Below are positions 29,119 to 44,820 of a stretch of DNA of 64,000 nt, piece after piece (positions within the stretch are counted from its first letter, which is position 1; each line of letters opens with the position of its first letter). The notes beneath the pieces are model-generated. The model saw only the letters and a list, made by a program, of their open reading frames with translations, was not told the DNA's origin and did not search any database. The stretch is from an uncultured Acidobacteriota bacterium (lineage in GTDB: Bacteria > Acidobacteriota > Thermoanaerobaculia > Multivoradales > UBA5704). The stretch covers positions 544,001-608,000 of the forward strand of contig OY969474.1 of the NCBI GenBank assembly GCA_963700145.1, in the 5' to 3' direction. The position numbers were made by a program, and so were the translations under genes.

Positions 29119-31725
29119 ATGAGACAGAGCGCGCGGTGGCCGTCGATCTGGCCGGTCCTGGCCCTCCTCGGCGCCCTGGCAGCCTTCGGGCTCGGGGCGC
29201 TCGTCGGGGTCACGGGGCCGAGCGAGACGGAGATCTGGGAGCGCCACGAGCAGGTGACGGCGGCGCTCGACGGCGTCATCCTCCACCTGCGCGAGGCCGA
29301 GGAGGCGCAGCACGCCTACCTCCTGCGCGGCCGTCAGGAGGACCTCGCGCGCGCCGGCGCCGCCGCGGCACGCGCCCGTACCGCCGCGGCGATGCTCCGC
29401 GTCCTCGCCTCCGAGCAGCCGGAGCAGCGGCGCCGCGTCGAACGGCTGCAGGCCCTGATCGGCGGGCGGCTCGGGCAGCTCGAGCGGGAGATCGCGCTGC
29501 GCCGGGCGCGGCCCCAGGTGCGGCTGAGCGGCGCCAGCAGCGACGAGCTCGTCGCCCTCCGCGAGCTCGCCACAGAGATCCGCCGCGAGGAACGGCGCAT
29601 GCTGCGCCGGCGGCTCGACGAGGTCGAGGCCGGCCGGGAGGTCTTCGCCTTCGTCAGCGGCGGCGCCGGGCTGCTCCTCTTCGGGCTCCTCCCGATCGCC
29701 CTCTGGCTCACCCGCCGCGGCCGCCGCCAGCTCGCCGATGCCGCCGAGGTGTTGAACCAGGCGCTGGAGGCCTCGGGCGCCGCCGCCTGGCGCTGGGAGG
29801 AGGGGACCGGGCGGCTCACCTGGTCGCAGCAGGCCGCGGACCTCTTCGGCGTGGAGCCCGCACGGGCTGGTACGGTGCGCGAGTTCCTGCAGCTGATCCA
29901 TCCGGACGACCGCGAGCCTTTCCGCCGCGTCCTCGAGCAGGCCCGGGCCGGCGCCCGCGAGATCCGCCACGAGTTCCGGGTGGTGCGCCCGGACGGCACT
30001 GTCGTCTGGCTGGCCGGCTCCGGCCGCTCCCTCCGCCACTCCCTCCGTCCGACCGGCGAGGAGCAGCGCATGGCGGGCACCGTCCTCGACGTCAGCGAGC
30101 GGCGGCGGGCGGAGGAGTCCCTGCGCTTCCTCGCCGAGGCGGGCAACCTCCTCGCGGCCAGCCTCGACTACGACACGACGCTGCGCAACGTCGCGCGGCT
30201 GGCGGTCGAGACGATCGCCGACGTCTGCTTCATCGATCTCTTCGGCGAGGACGGCGTCGAGCGAGTGGCCTGGGCCCACCGCGACCCGGTGGGCGAGGAG
30301 GAGCTCGACGCGAGCATGGGAGCGCACGACCGCTTCCTGCTGGCGCGCGACCTTCATGCCGTGATCACCGCGCCGGTCGTGGCGCAGGGGCGGACGCTCG
30401 GCACCCTGACGTTCTGCCGCACCAGCGACCACCCGCGGCGCTTCGACGAGGACGACCGCGAGCTGGCCGCGGAGCTGGGGCGACGGGCCGGCGTGGCGGT
30501 CGAGAACGCCCGCCTCTACCAGGAGACGCAGCGCGCCAACGCCGCCAAGGACCAGTTCCTCGCCACCCTGAGCCACGAGCTGCGCACGCCGCTGACGCCG
30601 GTGCTGGCGGTGGTCTCGGCGCTCGAGGAGGACGGCCGCCTCCCCGGCGACGTGCGCGACCGCCTGGCGATGGTGCGGCGCAACACCGAGCTGGAGGCGC
30701 GGCTCATCGACGACCTCCTCGACCTGACGCGCATCGAGCGCGGCAAGCTCGACCTCCGCCGCGAGGTGACCGACGTGCTGCCGCTCCTCGCCCACGCCGT
30801 CGAGGCCACCCGCACGCCGGAGATCGAGGCCTACGGCCTGCGCCTGGTCAGCGAGCTGGCGGCGGACGACCACCGCGTCTGGGCCGACGGACCGCGGCTC
30901 TCCCAGGTCTTCTGGAACCTGATCAAGAACTCCCTCAAGTTCACCCCCGCGGGCGGCACCATCCGCGTGCGCTCGTTCAACGAAGGGGAGGACGGCGCGC
31001 CGGCGCGCTGGCTGGTCGTCGAGGTGTCCGACACCGGGATCGGCATCGAGCCGGAGGTGCTGCCGCGCATCTTCGACGCCTTCGAGCAAGGGCAGCGGCG
31101 GATCACCCGGCAGTTCGGCGGTCTGGGGCTGGGGCTGGCGATCAGCCGCCGGATCGTCGAGCTGCACGGCGGCTCGCTCACCGCCGCCAGCGAAGGCAAG
31201 GGGAAGGGGGCGACCTTCACGGTGCGGCTGCCGGTCGGGGTGCCGGTGGAGGCCGCGGCCGCCGCGCCGTCGCGGACCGCCGCCGGAGCGGCGGCGGAGG
31301 AGGCCGCGGCGCCGGCGCCTGCCCGCCCGCTCCACATCCTGCTCGTCGAGGACCACGCCGACACCGCCGCGGCGATGGCCGACCTGCTACGCGGCATCGG
31401 CCACCGGGTGACGACGGCGGCGAGCGTCGAGGCGGCGCTCGCCGCCGCGGCGGCCGTCGAGCGGCAGGGAGGCAACGGAGGGGGCGGCCGCGGCATCGAC
31501 CTGGTGGTGAGCGACCTCGGGCTCCCGGACGGCAGCGGCTACGACCTGATGCGCGAGCTGGCCCGGCGCCACGGCCTGCGCGGCATCGCCCTCTCCGGCT
31601 ACGGCATGGAGGACGACGTGCAGCAGAGCCGGGAGGCCGGCTTCGAGCGCCACCTGACCAAGCCGGTCGACCTGCGCTCGCTCGACGCCGCGATCCGCGA
31701 CGCCTCCCAAGTCCCCGTCCCCTGA
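29119..31725 (+). CDS. Hybrid sensor histidine kinase (TM/CHASE3-like, PAS, GAF, HisKA, HATPase, REC)
   Basis: [37 protein letters not shown]...SDLGLPD...TKP. Confidence 0.92.
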   Translation: MRQSARWPSIWPVLALLGALAAFGLGALVGVTGPSETEIWERHEQVTAALDGVILHLREAEEAQHAYLLRGRQEDLARAGAAAARARTAAAMLRVLASEQPEQRRRVERLQALIGGRLGQLEREIALRRARPQVRLSGASSDELVALRELATEIRREERRMLRRRLDEVEAGREVFAFVSGGAGLLLFGLLPIALWLTRRGRRQLADAAEVLNQALEASGAAAWRWEEGTGRLTWSQQAADLFGVEPARAGTVREFLQLIHPDDREPFRRVLEQARAGAREIRHEFRVVRPDGTVVWLAGSGRSLRHSLRPTGEEQRMAGTVLDVSERRRAEESLRFLAEAGNLLAASLDYDTTLRNVARLAVETIADVCFIDLFGEDGVERVAWAHRDPVGEEELDASMGAHDRFLLARDLHAVITAPVVAQGRTLGTLTFCRTSDHPRRFDEDDRELAAELGRRAGVAVENARLYQETQRANAAKDQFLATLSHELRTPLTPVLAVVSALEEDGRLPGDVRDRLAMVRRNTELEARLIDDLLDLTRIERGKLDLRREVTDVLPLLAHAVEATRTPEIEAYGLRLVSELAADDHRVWADGPRLSQVFWNLIKNSLKFTPAGGTIRVRSFNEGEDGAPARWLVVEVSDTGIGIEPEVLPRIFDAFEQGQRRITRQFGGLGLGLAISRRIVELHGGSLTAASEGKGKGATFTVRLPVGVPVEAAAAAPSRTAAGAAAEEAAAPAPARPLHILLVEDHADTAAAMADLLRGIGHRVTTAASVEAALAAAAAVERQGGNGGGGRGIDLVVSDLGLPDGSGYDLMRELARRHGLRGIALSGYGMEDDVQQSREAGFERHLTKPVDLRSLDAAIRDASQVPVP

Positions 31726-31782
31726 GCCGATTTCGGCGCCGGGCTGAACCTTTTTGAGGGAACGCTGTCTCTTCTACCGTCT

Positions 31783-32783
31783 ATGTCCTACGAGGGGCGG
31801 ACGGTGGAACATCGGCTTGGGTCGACCTGTCGCGACGTGCGGCGGCTGCAGGAGCGGCTGCGCGAGCTGGAGCTCTACCGCGGGCCGCTCGAGGGAGCCT
31901 ACGGCGGCGGCACGGAGGCCGCCGTCCGCGCCTTCCAGGAGCGCGAGGAGCTGCCCGCCAACGGGATGGTGGACGAGGCCACCTGGGAGCGGCTCTTCGG
32001 CACCCCGCCGCCCGCCCCCTGGTTCACCGGTCTGCCTCTCTTCGAGCGCGCCTTCGCGCTCTGCGCCCTCTTCGAGACCGGCGCCGGCCCGCCGGGGTGC
32101 TACGCGTCGGTCGCCGGCGACGCCGACGGCCAGGGGCTCTCCTGGGGAGCGCTGCAGTGGAGCTTCGGCAACGGCTCGCTGGCGCCGCTGCTGCGCCGCC
32201 TGCTCGACGAGCACCCCGACACGATGGGCATCGCCTTCCACGGCCATCTGCCGGAGCTGGCGGAGCTGCTCGACGCCGAGATCGACGAGCAGCTCCGCTT
32301 CGCCCGCTCGATCCAGCATCCGGTGCGCCATTACGTCTACGAGCCCTGGCGCGGCCGTTTCGCCGCCCTCGGGCGGACGGCCGCGGCGCAGCACGTGCAG
32401 CGGGCGGAGGCCAAGGTGCTCTGGAAGCGCGCCGAGCGGCTGGCCGCGGACCTCGGTCTCGCCAGCGAGCGCGGCGTGGTGCTGATGATGGACGCCGAGG
32501 TGCAGAGCGGCGGGGTGCCCGACCTGGTGCGCCGGCGGCTCGCCGCCGACTTCGCGGCCCTGCCCGCCGAGCGGCCGCCGGAGGCGGCGGAGGTCGAGCG
32601 GCTGCGCCTCCTCGCCGACCGCTTCGCCGCAGCGGCGCCGCCGCGCTGGGCCGACGACGTGCGGCAGCGCAAGCTGACGATCGCCGAGGGCGCCGGCCGG
32701 GTGCACGGCATCCGGCTCGACCTGGAAGAGCAGTTCGGGATCGGGCTGGAGCGGTTCTGCTGCCGGGAATCCGGCGCGAGAGA

Positions 32784-32787
<4 letters not shown>
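31783..32787 (+). CDS. Peptidoglycan-binding-domain protein with putative lytic domain
   Basis: DVRRLQERL...TEAAVRAFQ...[10 protein letters not shown]-binding motif, followed by FETG...GLSWGALQW. Confidence 0.7.
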
Positions 32788-34298
<1,511 letters not shown>

Positions 34299-34415
34299 TT
34301 GAGCGGCCGAGGATAGCAGAGGCACCTCGATGGGCGCCGTCCAGCTCTGGCGCAATCGCGGCGTAAGTGCTAGACTCCTGGGTCTACCCGGATGCGGGAG
34401 AAAGGAGAATGTCGC

Positions 34416-35042
34416 ATGGAGATGCGCAACTTCATGAGGGGAGCGGCGGCCGCGTTGCTGCTGACGGCATGGGCCGCGGTTCCGGCCCTGGCGAACGGCG
34501 ATCAGCAGCAGGCGGCCGAGCCGCCGGCGATGTCGGCCGAGGAGCAGGCGATGATGGCGGCCTGGCAGAAGGCGATGACCCCCGGACCGCAGCACCAGCA
34601 GCTGGCCAGCTCGGCCGGCACCTGGAACTTCACCGGCAAGTTCTGGATGGGCGGCCCGGACAAGCCGCCGACCGAGGCCACCGGCACCGCCGAGCGGTCG
34701 GTGATCCACGGCGGCCGCGCGCTGGTCGAGAACGTCAAGAGCAGCATGTTCGGCCAGCCCTTCGAGGGGCACGGCATGACCGGCTACGACAACGTCGCGC
34801 AGAAGTACTGGACGACCTGGACCGACAACATGTCCACCGGCGTCATGATCGGCTACGGCACCTGCGATGCCTCCGGCACCTGCACCTTCACCAACGAGCA
34901 CTACGATCCGATGACCGGCCAGAAGAAGACCAGCCGGACGGTGCTGCGGCACGAGGGCGGCAAGGAGATCTACGAGGCGTACGACGTCGGGCCCGACGGC
35001 AAGGAGTTCAAGGCGATGGAGCTGGTCTTCACCCGGGCGTGA
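34416..35042 (+). CDS. DUF1579-like secreted protein
   Basis: Signal peptide; [30 protein letters not shown]; RBS AAGGAG. Confidence 0.8.
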   Translation: MEMRNFMRGAAAALLLTAWAAVPALANGDQQQAAEPPAMSAEEQAMMAAWQKAMTPGPQHQQLASSAGTWNFTGKFWMGGPDKPPTEATGTAERSVIHGGRALVENVKSSMFGQPFEGHGMTGYDNVAQKYWTTWTDNMSTGVMIGYGTCDASGTCTFTNEHYDPMTGQKKTSRTVLRHEGGKEIYEAYDVGPDGKEFKAMELVFTRA

Positions 35043-35068
35043 CGGCGTAACGCGGCTGGCCGGTGGGG

Positions 35069-37786
<2,718 letters not shown>

Positions 37787-37822
37787 CGGGTTTCAGTCCG
37801 CGGGGTATGGCAGGGGAGGGCC

Positions 37823-37864
37823 GGAGCGCTTGCCGTCGCGCGACCAGCGCGACGGGCTCCTAGG
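37823..37864. repeat. REP-like hairpin element, copy 1
   Basis: GGAGCG-N4-CCGTCGCGC-GACCA-GCGCGACGG-GCTCCTAGG; 32 bp identical to 55828-55859. Confidence 0.75.
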
Positions 37865-37945
37865 TCAACGCGGCAGTGTAGCAGAAAGATTTCAGCGCCC
37901 CGGGGGAGGTGCGGCACCCCGGGGGGACTCCTCACGTCCGAGGAT

Positions 37946-40450
37946 TCACCGCCGCCCGGACGCCTGGACGGCCTCCACCATCCACGCCACGGGGTCTTTG
38001 CCCGGCGGCCGCGGCTGGTCGAGCTTCCAGTACCCGCGAGGCTCGGGGAACTGGAAGTCGCCGGCCGGCGCCAGGAACAGCGGGCGTGGCTCGGGCGTCA
38101 GCTCGAAATCGTCGAGCCGATAGCCCAGCAGGTAGAGCGAGGCCTGGTAGATGCTCTCGACGGCCGGAGCCTGCTCGAAGTACGCGCGCCGGTCAGAGCC
38201 GCCTTGCTCGCCGGGGGTGACGTCCCAGAGGCGGACGCTCCTGTCGTCCGCACCCGAGGCCAGGCGAGTTCCGTCGGGGCTGAACGCCACGGTCCGGATG
38301 CGGTCCCTATGGCCCTGGAGGCGGGCGATCTCCTTGCCGGAGTCGACGTCCCAGAGGCGGATGCTCCGATCTTCCGAGGCCGCGGCCACGCGGCGGCCGC
38401 CGGGGCCGACCGCCACGCTCCAGAACGGAGCCGCGCTCTCGCTCCGCAGACGGGCGATCTCTTTCGCCGCGGCGACGTCCCAGACGCGGACGGTCCCATC
38501 TTCCGAGGCCGAGGCGATGCGGGCGCCGTCGGGACTGAACGCCACGCTCAGGATCCGGCGCTCATGCCCCTGGAGGCGGGCGACCGGCTGGCGCGAGGCG
38601 ACGTCCCACAGCATCACGCTCCGGTCGGGCGCGGCCGCGGCCAGGCGGTGGCTGTCCGGGGAAAACGCCACGCTGAAGAACCCGGTGGCCTCCTGAATGA
38701 ACTGCTCCTCCGTCTGCTCGAAGTCGCGGGCCCCGGCCGGAGCGCCCTGACCCTGGCCTCCGCCGTGATGAGCGTGGCCTCCGCCCTGACCGCGGCCCCC
38801 GCCTCCGCCCCCGCCGGCCCCGCGCCCTCCAGGGCCTTGCAGCGCGGCGATCTGCCCGCCGGAGGCGATGTCCCACAGGCGGACGGTCTTGTCGGACGAG
38901 CCGGAGGCCAGGTGCCTGCCGTCGGGGGAGAACGCCACGCTCCAGATCCGCTCCTTGTGGCCCACGAAGCGGGCGATCTCCACGTTCTCGGTGAGGTCCC
39001 AGAGCCGGACGCTCTTGTCGTCCGAGCCCGACACCAGACGGGTGCCGTCGGAGCTGAACGCCACGCTCCTGACTCTCCCCTCATGGCCGTGGAGGCGGGC
39101 GATCTCCTCGCCCGCGGCGAGGTCCCACAGACGGATGCTCTGATCGTCCGAGCCGGAGGCCAGGCGCTTGCCGTCGGGGCTGAACGCCACGCTCCACACC
39201 CGCTCCGGATGGCCTGGGAGGCGGGCGAGCTCCTTGCGCGCGGCAAGGTCCCACAGGCGGATGGTCCGGTCGTCCGAGCCGGAGACCAGGCGCTTGCTGT
39301 CGGGGGAGAACGCCACGCTTCTGACCAGCGCCTCATGGCGCATCAGGCGGAAGAGCTCCTTGCCCGAGGGAATCTCCCACAGCCGGATGCTGCGATCCGT
39401 CGAGCCCGAGGCGAGGCGGGCGCCGTCGGGTGAGAACGCCACAGTCCACACGCGGCCCATATGCCCCTCGAGGCGGGCGACCTCCACGCCCGTCGAGACG
39501 TCCCAGAGCCGGATGGTCTGATCCTCCGCGCCCCCGGCCAGGCGGCGGCCGTCGGGGCTGAACGCCACGCTCCAGACCCGCGGCCCGTTGCTCTCCTTGC
39601 GCAGGAAGCGGGCGATCTCCTTGCTCGAAGCGACATCCCAGAGGCGGAGGGTCTTGTCGGGCGAGCTCGAGGCCAGGCGGGCGCCGTCGGGGCTGAGCGC
39701 CACGCTGACGACGCTCCCCTCGTGGCCTCTGAGCAGGGCGATCTCCGAGCCCGAGGCGAACTCGAAGACGCGGATGACCTTGTCGACCGACCCCGCGGCC
39801 ATGTACCGGCCGTCGGAGCTGAACGCGAGGGAGACGACGCTCCCGCCGAAGCCGTGGAAGCGGCGGATCTCCGCGCCGGCGCCGACGTCCCACAGGCGGA
39901 CGCTCTGGTCGTCCGAGCCCGAGGCCAGGCGGGTGCCGTCGGGGCTGAACACCACGGTCGAGACCCGCGCCTCGTGGCCCACGAGACGGGCGACCTCTTC
40001 GCCCGAGGCGAGGTCCCACAGGCGGACGAGCCCGTCGTCCGAGGCCGAGGCCAAGCGGCGGCCGTCGGAGCTGTAGGCCACGCTGCGAACAGACCTCAAG
40101 GCCTCCGGCGAGCGCCAGATCTCGCGGAAGACGTCGGCGGCGATCTCCGGAGACGGCAGGCTCTCCGCGGAGACCGGGCGCCGCTCGGCGGCCCCGAGGT
40201 CCCGCCGCAGGGCCGCCAGCGCGTAGAGCCAGGCTTGCCGGGAGCTCTCCGGCGAGCCGCCGTTCGCGGCGGCGCGCAACGCCTCTTGCGCTTTCGCCGC
40301 GAACACCTGGGACCGGTCGTTGCCGGCGGCCTGGGTGCCGAGGGTCTCGGAGCCCGCCGCCGCCGGGGCCGCCGCCTTCGCGGCGACGCCGAAGCCGAGG
40401 AGGATGACGAGGATGGCGAGGCTCGAAATGCCGGGTCGCCCCTTGATCAT
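37946..40450 (-). CDS. Secreted WD40-repeat protein (14 repeats)
   Basis: Signal peptide; 14 GH...SVAFSPDG...LWD-type units; Gly/His-rich insert between repeats 10 and 11. Confidence 0.92.
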   Translation of the reverse strand: MIKGRPGISSLAILVILLGFGVAAKAAAPAAAGSETLGTQAAGNDRSQVFAAKAQEALRAAANGGSPESSRQAWLYALAALRRDLGAAERRPVSAESLPSPEIAADVFREIWRSPEALRSVRSVAYSSDGRRLASASDDGLVRLWDLASGEEVARLVGHEARVSTVVFSPDGTRLASGSDDQSVRLWDVGAGAEIRRFHGFGGSVVSLAFSSDGRYMAAGSVDKVIRVFEFASGSEIALLRGHEGSVVSVALSPDGARLASSSPDKTLRLWDVASSKEIARFLRKESNGPRVWSVAFSPDGRRLAGGAEDQTIRLWDVSTGVEVARLEGHMGRVWTVAFSPDGARLASGSTDRSIRLWEIPSGKELFRLMRHEALVRSVAFSPDSKRLVSGSDDRTIRLWDLAARKELARLPGHPERVWSVAFSPDGKRLASGSDDQSIRLWDLAAGEEIARLHGHEGRVRSVAFSSDGTRLVSGSDDKSVRLWDLTENVEIARFVGHKERIWSVAFSPDGRHLASGSSDKTVRLWDIASGGQIAALQGPGGRGAGGGGGGGRGQGGGHAHHGGGQGQGAPAGARDFEQTEEQFIQEATGFFSVAFSPDSHRLAAAAPDRSVMLWDVASRQPVARLQGHERRILSVAFSPDGARIASASEDGTVRVWDVAAAKEIARLRSESAAPFWSVAVGPGGRRVAAASEDRSIRLWDVDSGKEIARLQGHRDRIRTVAFSPDGTRLASGADDRSVRLWDVTPGEQGGSDRRAYFEQAPAVESIYQASLYLLGYRLDDFELTPEPRPLFLAPAGDFQFPEPRGYWKLDQPRPPGKDPVAWMVEAVQASGRR

Positions 40451-40476
40451 GGCGCTACTCCTTCGCAAGAAAGCAC

Positions 40477-40502
40477 GAGGGCGGCCCTTTCGGGTCGCCC
40501 TC
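40477..40502 (-). terminator. Stem-loop after the multicopper oxidase (putative intrinsic terminator)
   Basis: Minus strand GAGGGCGACCC-GAAA-GGGCCGCCCTC followed by GTGCTTTCTT (weak U tract). Confidence 0.5.
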
Positions 40503-40548
40503 CGAGGCCTCCGCCCGCCGCCCAGGCGGCGGGTGCTACCCCTCCCGC

Positions 40549-42933
40549 TCAGGGGATGGGCTGGTAAATGTTCTCATCGACGTCGATCTTACAGGCCGAC
40601 GCGTCGGAGTCGCCCTCCGGCGCGATGCAGAAATCGGTCATCATGCCCAGGCCCGCGTGGTGCAGGATGTGGCAGTGCATCAGCCAACGGCCCAGTCCGC
40701 CGCCGAACTCGGCGTCGGTGCCCGGCAGGTCCCCTGCGCCGCCGAACGGCGCGTCCTGGTCGTAGGGGAACTTGGCCTGCAACTGGTTGACGGTGAATAG
40801 CGTTGCGTCGGGGATCTTGAACCGGTCGGTGATCTTCACCCGGTACTTCAGGGCCAGCGCCGGCTGGATGCCCTCGACGTCCAGGAACTCGTTGTAGTCG
40901 TACGTGTAGACCGGGGGCTCGATGAGCGTGGCCGAGTCGACGACCTGCGGGTCCGGTCCAGGGACCAAGTTGACATTGTTGAACCTGTAGAGGGCGATCG
41001 GCTGGAACGAGAAGCCGTGCGCGTGGAACGGGTGATGCGCGGCGCCGGTGTTGTTGGCGACGACGAACTCCAGCACGTCGCCGATGTGCGCGTACCGCGT
41101 GGCGAGCTGGGTCGGCACCTCGTCGCCGCTGACCTCGTCCCCTTCGTACTCTCCCTTGACGGCGTTGATCGAGGGGAACCGCCGGTTGTCTTCGATACGG
41201 TTGCTGAGCACGAGGGACTGATCCACGTCGCGCCCCTGGAACGGGGTACCGAGGAACGGATCCAGCGCCTGCGGCACCGGCGAGAACGGCACGACGGTGG
41301 CGTTCCGCAAGTCCTCCGACGGCCGGTTGATCTCCGGATGCGCCATCAGGGGGTCGCCCTCGGCGAGGTCGAAGTCTGGCAGCCCGAGGGTGTCCGCGAT
41401 GATCTTGATGCGGACCAGCTTGCGGGCGGCGATGTCGCGGTTGCTGATGTCGCCGGTGCCGATGAGGTTGTCGAACTTCGGCGCGAAGGCGCCGTGTGGA
41501 TAGTCGATGGTCCAGATGTACATGCTCTCGCCGGGATCGAGGTAGTTGCCGTCGCGATCCTTGGTCACGACGACGAACTCGGTCCGCTCGGAGACGCCGA
41601 TGAAGTCCTCGCCTCTGCGGATGAGCGTGTCGAAGGCGCGCGGCACGAACGGATTGGCCGGCGGGAGCTCGGGCTGACCCTCGAGGCGCACGTGGTCGAG
41701 CAGGCCGTTCTGGCCGCCGATGCGGTACAGGGGGAGGCCCTGGTCGCAGGAGAGCGGGTCGGCGCCGGAGAACTTGACGCTGCTGCCGGGCGCGTAGCAC
41801 TGGCCGGTGGTCGCCCCACCCCTCTGCACCGCCGGGCCGAAAGGCGGCGTTTCACCCTCGAGCAGGAGACGGAAGCGGTAGAAGCGCTCGTTCGAGGAGT
41901 TGACGAACGAGATGCGCACGCCCTGGCCCTGCCGGACGGAGATCGTAAGAATGTCGGTGTCGCTCGTGGGGACCTTGCCGTTGACGAAGACCAGCTCGCC
42001 TTCGCGGACGATGCAATCGCCGGTGATCACGCCACGGTCGCACTGGCCGTCACCGTTGGTGTCGGGCGAGATGTCCGGCATCAGCTTGTTGTTCACTTCC
42101 TCGTCGGAGTAAACATTGAATTGGACGTTGTTTCTCCACTGAAACCGGTTGGTCTGGTTGGCGACCAGGGAGTCGTGGAGCTGGATGGCCTGCCTCTGCG
42201 CCGGCAGGACGCCGAGCTCTTCCAGGTCGTCTTCCTCGTAGGCTTTGACGGTGAGCTTGCCGATCATGCCGCGGTGCTCGCTGAGCAGCGGCAGGATGTG
42301 CGGGTGGAACCAGTAGTTGCCCGGACGATAGAGCCGGAACTGGTACAGGCGCTGCTCCCCCGTCTCGATGCCGAACTCGCTCACGGGAGTGCCGTCGCTC
42401 TCGTTGTCCAGCTCCATGCCGTGCCAGTGGACGATCTGCCGGTTGTCGGCCGGCGCGTAGAACCCGGTCCCGACCGCCTCGCCGTTGACCGCCTCCGGCA
42501 GCTCGTTCTTGACCGTGAGCTGCACGATGTCGCCCACTTTGCCGATGACCTCGATGTGGTCGGGCGTGCCGTTGTAGGCGGTGGCGTTCGGCGTGGTGAC
42601 GGTGGTGGCCTTCTTGAGATAGCCGTTCTGGAACACGAGCTGGGCCTGCAGGCGGCAGAGGTCGGCATCCTGCGCCGGGCCCTCCTTCTTGGTGCCGCCG
42701 CAGGCCACGCTGTTCGAAGCGTTCTTGAAGTTGCCGAGGACGTCGACGAACACGTAGGTGGGCACCGGCAGCTTGAGAGAGATCTCCGACATCACGATCT
42801 CTTTCTGGATGACGTGGAACTGATTGGGCGGCGGCGAAAAGTCTGACGCGGACAGAGGGGGAGCGGCGAGCAGGAGGCTGACTGCGATTGCCAGGGCGAT
42901 CGATGGCGGAAGCGAATGGCTCGGCGAGGACAT
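40549..42933 (-). CDS. Large secreted multicopper oxidase
   Basis: All four Cu motifs: HWHG, WFHPH, HPFHAHG, HCHILHHAGLGMM; signal peptide. Confidence 0.92.
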   Translation of the reverse strand: MSSPSHSLPPSIALAIAVSLLLAAPPLSASDFSPPPNQFHVIQKEIVMSEISLKLPVPTYVFVDVLGNFKNASNSVACGGTKKEGPAQDADLCRLQAQLVFQNGYLKKATTVTTPNATAYNGTPDHIEVIGKVGDIVQLTVKNELPEAVNGEAVGTGFYAPADNRQIVHWHGMELDNESDGTPVSEFGIETGEQRLYQFRLYRPGNYWFHPHILPLLSEHRGMIGKLTVKAYEEDDLEELGVLPAQRQAIQLHDSLVANQTNRFQWRNNVQFNVYSDEEVNNKLMPDISPDTNGDGQCDRGVITGDCIVREGELVFVNGKVPTSDTDILTISVRQGQGVRISFVNSSNERFYRFRLLLEGETPPFGPAVQRGGATTGQCYAPGSSVKFSGADPLSCDQGLPLYRIGGQNGLLDHVRLEGQPELPPANPFVPRAFDTLIRRGEDFIGVSERTEFVVVTKDRDGNYLDPGESMYIWTIDYPHGAFAPKFDNLIGTGDISNRDIAARKLVRIKIIADTLGLPDFDLAEGDPLMAHPEINRPSEDLRNATVVPFSPVPQALDPFLGTPFQGRDVDQSLVLSNRIEDNRRFPSINAVKGEYEGDEVSGDEVPTQLATRYAHIGDVLEFVVANNTGAAHHPFHAHGFSFQPIALYRFNNVNLVPGPDPQVVDSATLIEPPVYTYDYNEFLDVEGIQPALALKYRVKITDRFKIPDATLFTVNQLQAKFPYDQDAPFGGAGDLPGTDAEFGGGLGRWLMHCHILHHAGLGMMTDFCIAPEGDSDASACKIDVDENIYQPIP

Positions 42934-43037
42934 TGTCGAAGGCTCCTTTCCTAACGGGTCCCCTCAGGCGCCCAGACCCCCACCAAAGCGGCAGGCTGCG
43001 GGCGAGTTTGAACGTCTACTGCTTGGTCGCTGGAATG

Positions 43038-43053
43038 AGCAACGCATGTGCCA
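43038..43053 (-). promoter_or_regulatory. sigma54 (-24/-12) promoter of the multicopper oxidase
   Basis: Minus strand TGGCAC-ATGCG-TTGCT, correct spacing, ~105 nt upstream of ATG 42933. Confidence 0.8.
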
Positions 43054-43449
43054 CGGGAAGGCGGCGCGCAGCGCTGCGCCGCGCCGGCGATTCACGAACG
43101 CGATCCAACTCTTTCGGTGTCGGCGGTTTACGCGGGCCAGCCCCGGTCTCTCCCGCGGCTCCGCGGAGGTCGTCGCAGCCGTCTTCGCCGGCTGAAAGGA
43201 GCGCTCCGCCGTCCAGATCCTGAATCGGTTCCGGCGCCGCTTCCAGAATTTGGAAGGACTCGACCCCCGAGTGGCGGACGAGCCCGTCGGCTCGTCCCCC
43301 TCCCGCCTGCGGCGCGCACTGTGCTTGTGACTCGGTCAAGGCTATGCCGTCCCGCGAGCCTTCGAGGCTCCGCCCGCCGTTCCCCCCGCAAGGCGTATCC
43401 CTTTCGCCCCGAGGACGAGCCGCGTAATCCCAGCGATCCGAGGAGACCG

Positions 43450-44820
43450 ATGAACGCACGCATTACCGACCTCACGCTCGTCGCCCTCGCCCTCGCCGCC
43501 GCGCTCGCGGCCGGCTGCCGCGCGGCCCCGGGGGAGGTTCTCCAGGACTCGGTGCGCGAGGGCGCGGCGAGTACCGGCGCCGCCGCCGGGGACGAGATCG
43601 CCCACTACACTTGCTCGATGCACGCCTCGGTCCGCAACGCCGGGCCCGGGAGCTGCCCGATCTGCTCGATGGAGCTGGTGCCGGTGTTCCGGCGGGAGAT
43701 CGCGAGCGGGGAGATCGTGCTCGACGCCGGGCGGCGCCAGCAGATCGGCGTCACCACCGCCCGGGCGGAGCTGCGGACGCTCGCCGTGCCGGTGCGCGCG
43801 GTCGGCAAGGTGACCTACGACGAGACCGGTCTGACCGACGTGACGCTCAAGGTGGGCGGCTGGATCGACGAGCTCCACGTCGACCGCCTCGGCCAGCCGG
43901 TGCGCCAGGGTGAGCCGCTGTTCACGCTCTACAGCCCGGAGCTCTTCGAGGCCCAGCAGGAGTTCCTCACCGCGGCCAACAACCAGCGCATGGCGCGCAA
44001 GGTCGGCTCCTCCGAGAGCACCGTGTTCCTGGCCGAGGCGCGGCGCCAACGCCTGCGCCTGTTGGACCTGGTGCCGGACCAGATCAAGGACCTGGAAGCG
44101 CGCCGCGCGCCGCTCGAGCGCGTCCCGATCCTGTCACCGGCCTCCGGTCACGTGATCGAAAAAAACGTGGTCGCCGGCGCCGCGGTCGAACCCGGGATGC
44201 GCCTGCTGCGCATCGCCGCCCTTGACCGGGTGTGGGTGGAGGCCGAGGTCTACGAGTCGGAGCTGGCGCTGCTCGCGGTCGGCACCCCGGCGAAGGTCAC
44301 TCTCCCTTACCTCCCGGGACGGAGCTTCAGGGGCCGCATCGCGTTCGTCTACCCCTGGCTCGACGGCGCTACCCGCACCGGCCGGGTGCGCATCGAGCTG
44401 GCCAATCCCGGCCTCGTGCTCAAGCCGGAGATGTACGCCGAGGTCGCCTTCGAGCGCGCCCTCGGCAAGCGGCTGGCGGTGCCCGAGGAGGCGGTCCTCT
44501 ACGCCGGCGACCGCCGCTACGTCTTCCTCGACCTGGGCAGCGGGCGACTGCGGCCGCAGGCGGTGACCCTCGGCCAGTGGGCCGGCGAGTGGGTGGAGAT
44601 CCTCGACGGGCTGGAGCCCGGCGACGTGGTAGTCACCTCGGGCAACTTCCTGATCGCCGCCGAGGCCCGCCTCAAGCTGGCGCTCGATCACTGGACTCCG
44701 GAGACGACCGCGGCCGAAGGCGCCGCGCCCGCGGCGCCCGGCCGGCCGGCCGGGCACGACGCCCACGCCGGCCATAGCGGACACGGCGGACACGGCGGGC
44801 ACGAGCCAGAGGACCACTGA
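43450..44820 (+). CDS. cusB: CusB-type RND periplasmic adaptor with heavy-metal-binding domain
   Basis: RBS AGGAGA; YTCSMH...CPICSMEL, GWIDEL, LYSPEL, LKPEMYA; His-rich tail. Confidence 0.85.
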   Translation: MNARITDLTLVALALAAALAAGCRAAPGEVLQDSVREGAASTGAAAGDEIAHYTCSMHASVRNAGPGSCPICSMELVPVFRREIASGEIVLDAGRRQQIGVTTARAELRTLAVPVRAVGKVTYDETGLTDVTLKVGGWIDELHVDRLGQPVRQGEPLFTLYSPELFEAQQEFLTAANNQRMARKVGSSESTVFLAEARRQRLRLLDLVPDQIKDLEARRAPLERVPILSPASGHVIEKNVVAGAAVEPGMRLLRIAALDRVWVEAEVYESELALLAVGTPAKVTLPYLPGRSFRGRIAFVYPWLDGATRTGRVRIELANPGLVLKPEMYAEVAFERALGKRLAVPEEAVLYAGDRRYVFLDLGSGRLRPQAVTLGQWAGEWVEILDGLEPGDVVVTSGNFLIAAEARLKLALDHWTPETTAAEGAAPAAPGRPAGHDAHAGHSGHGGHGGHEPEDH

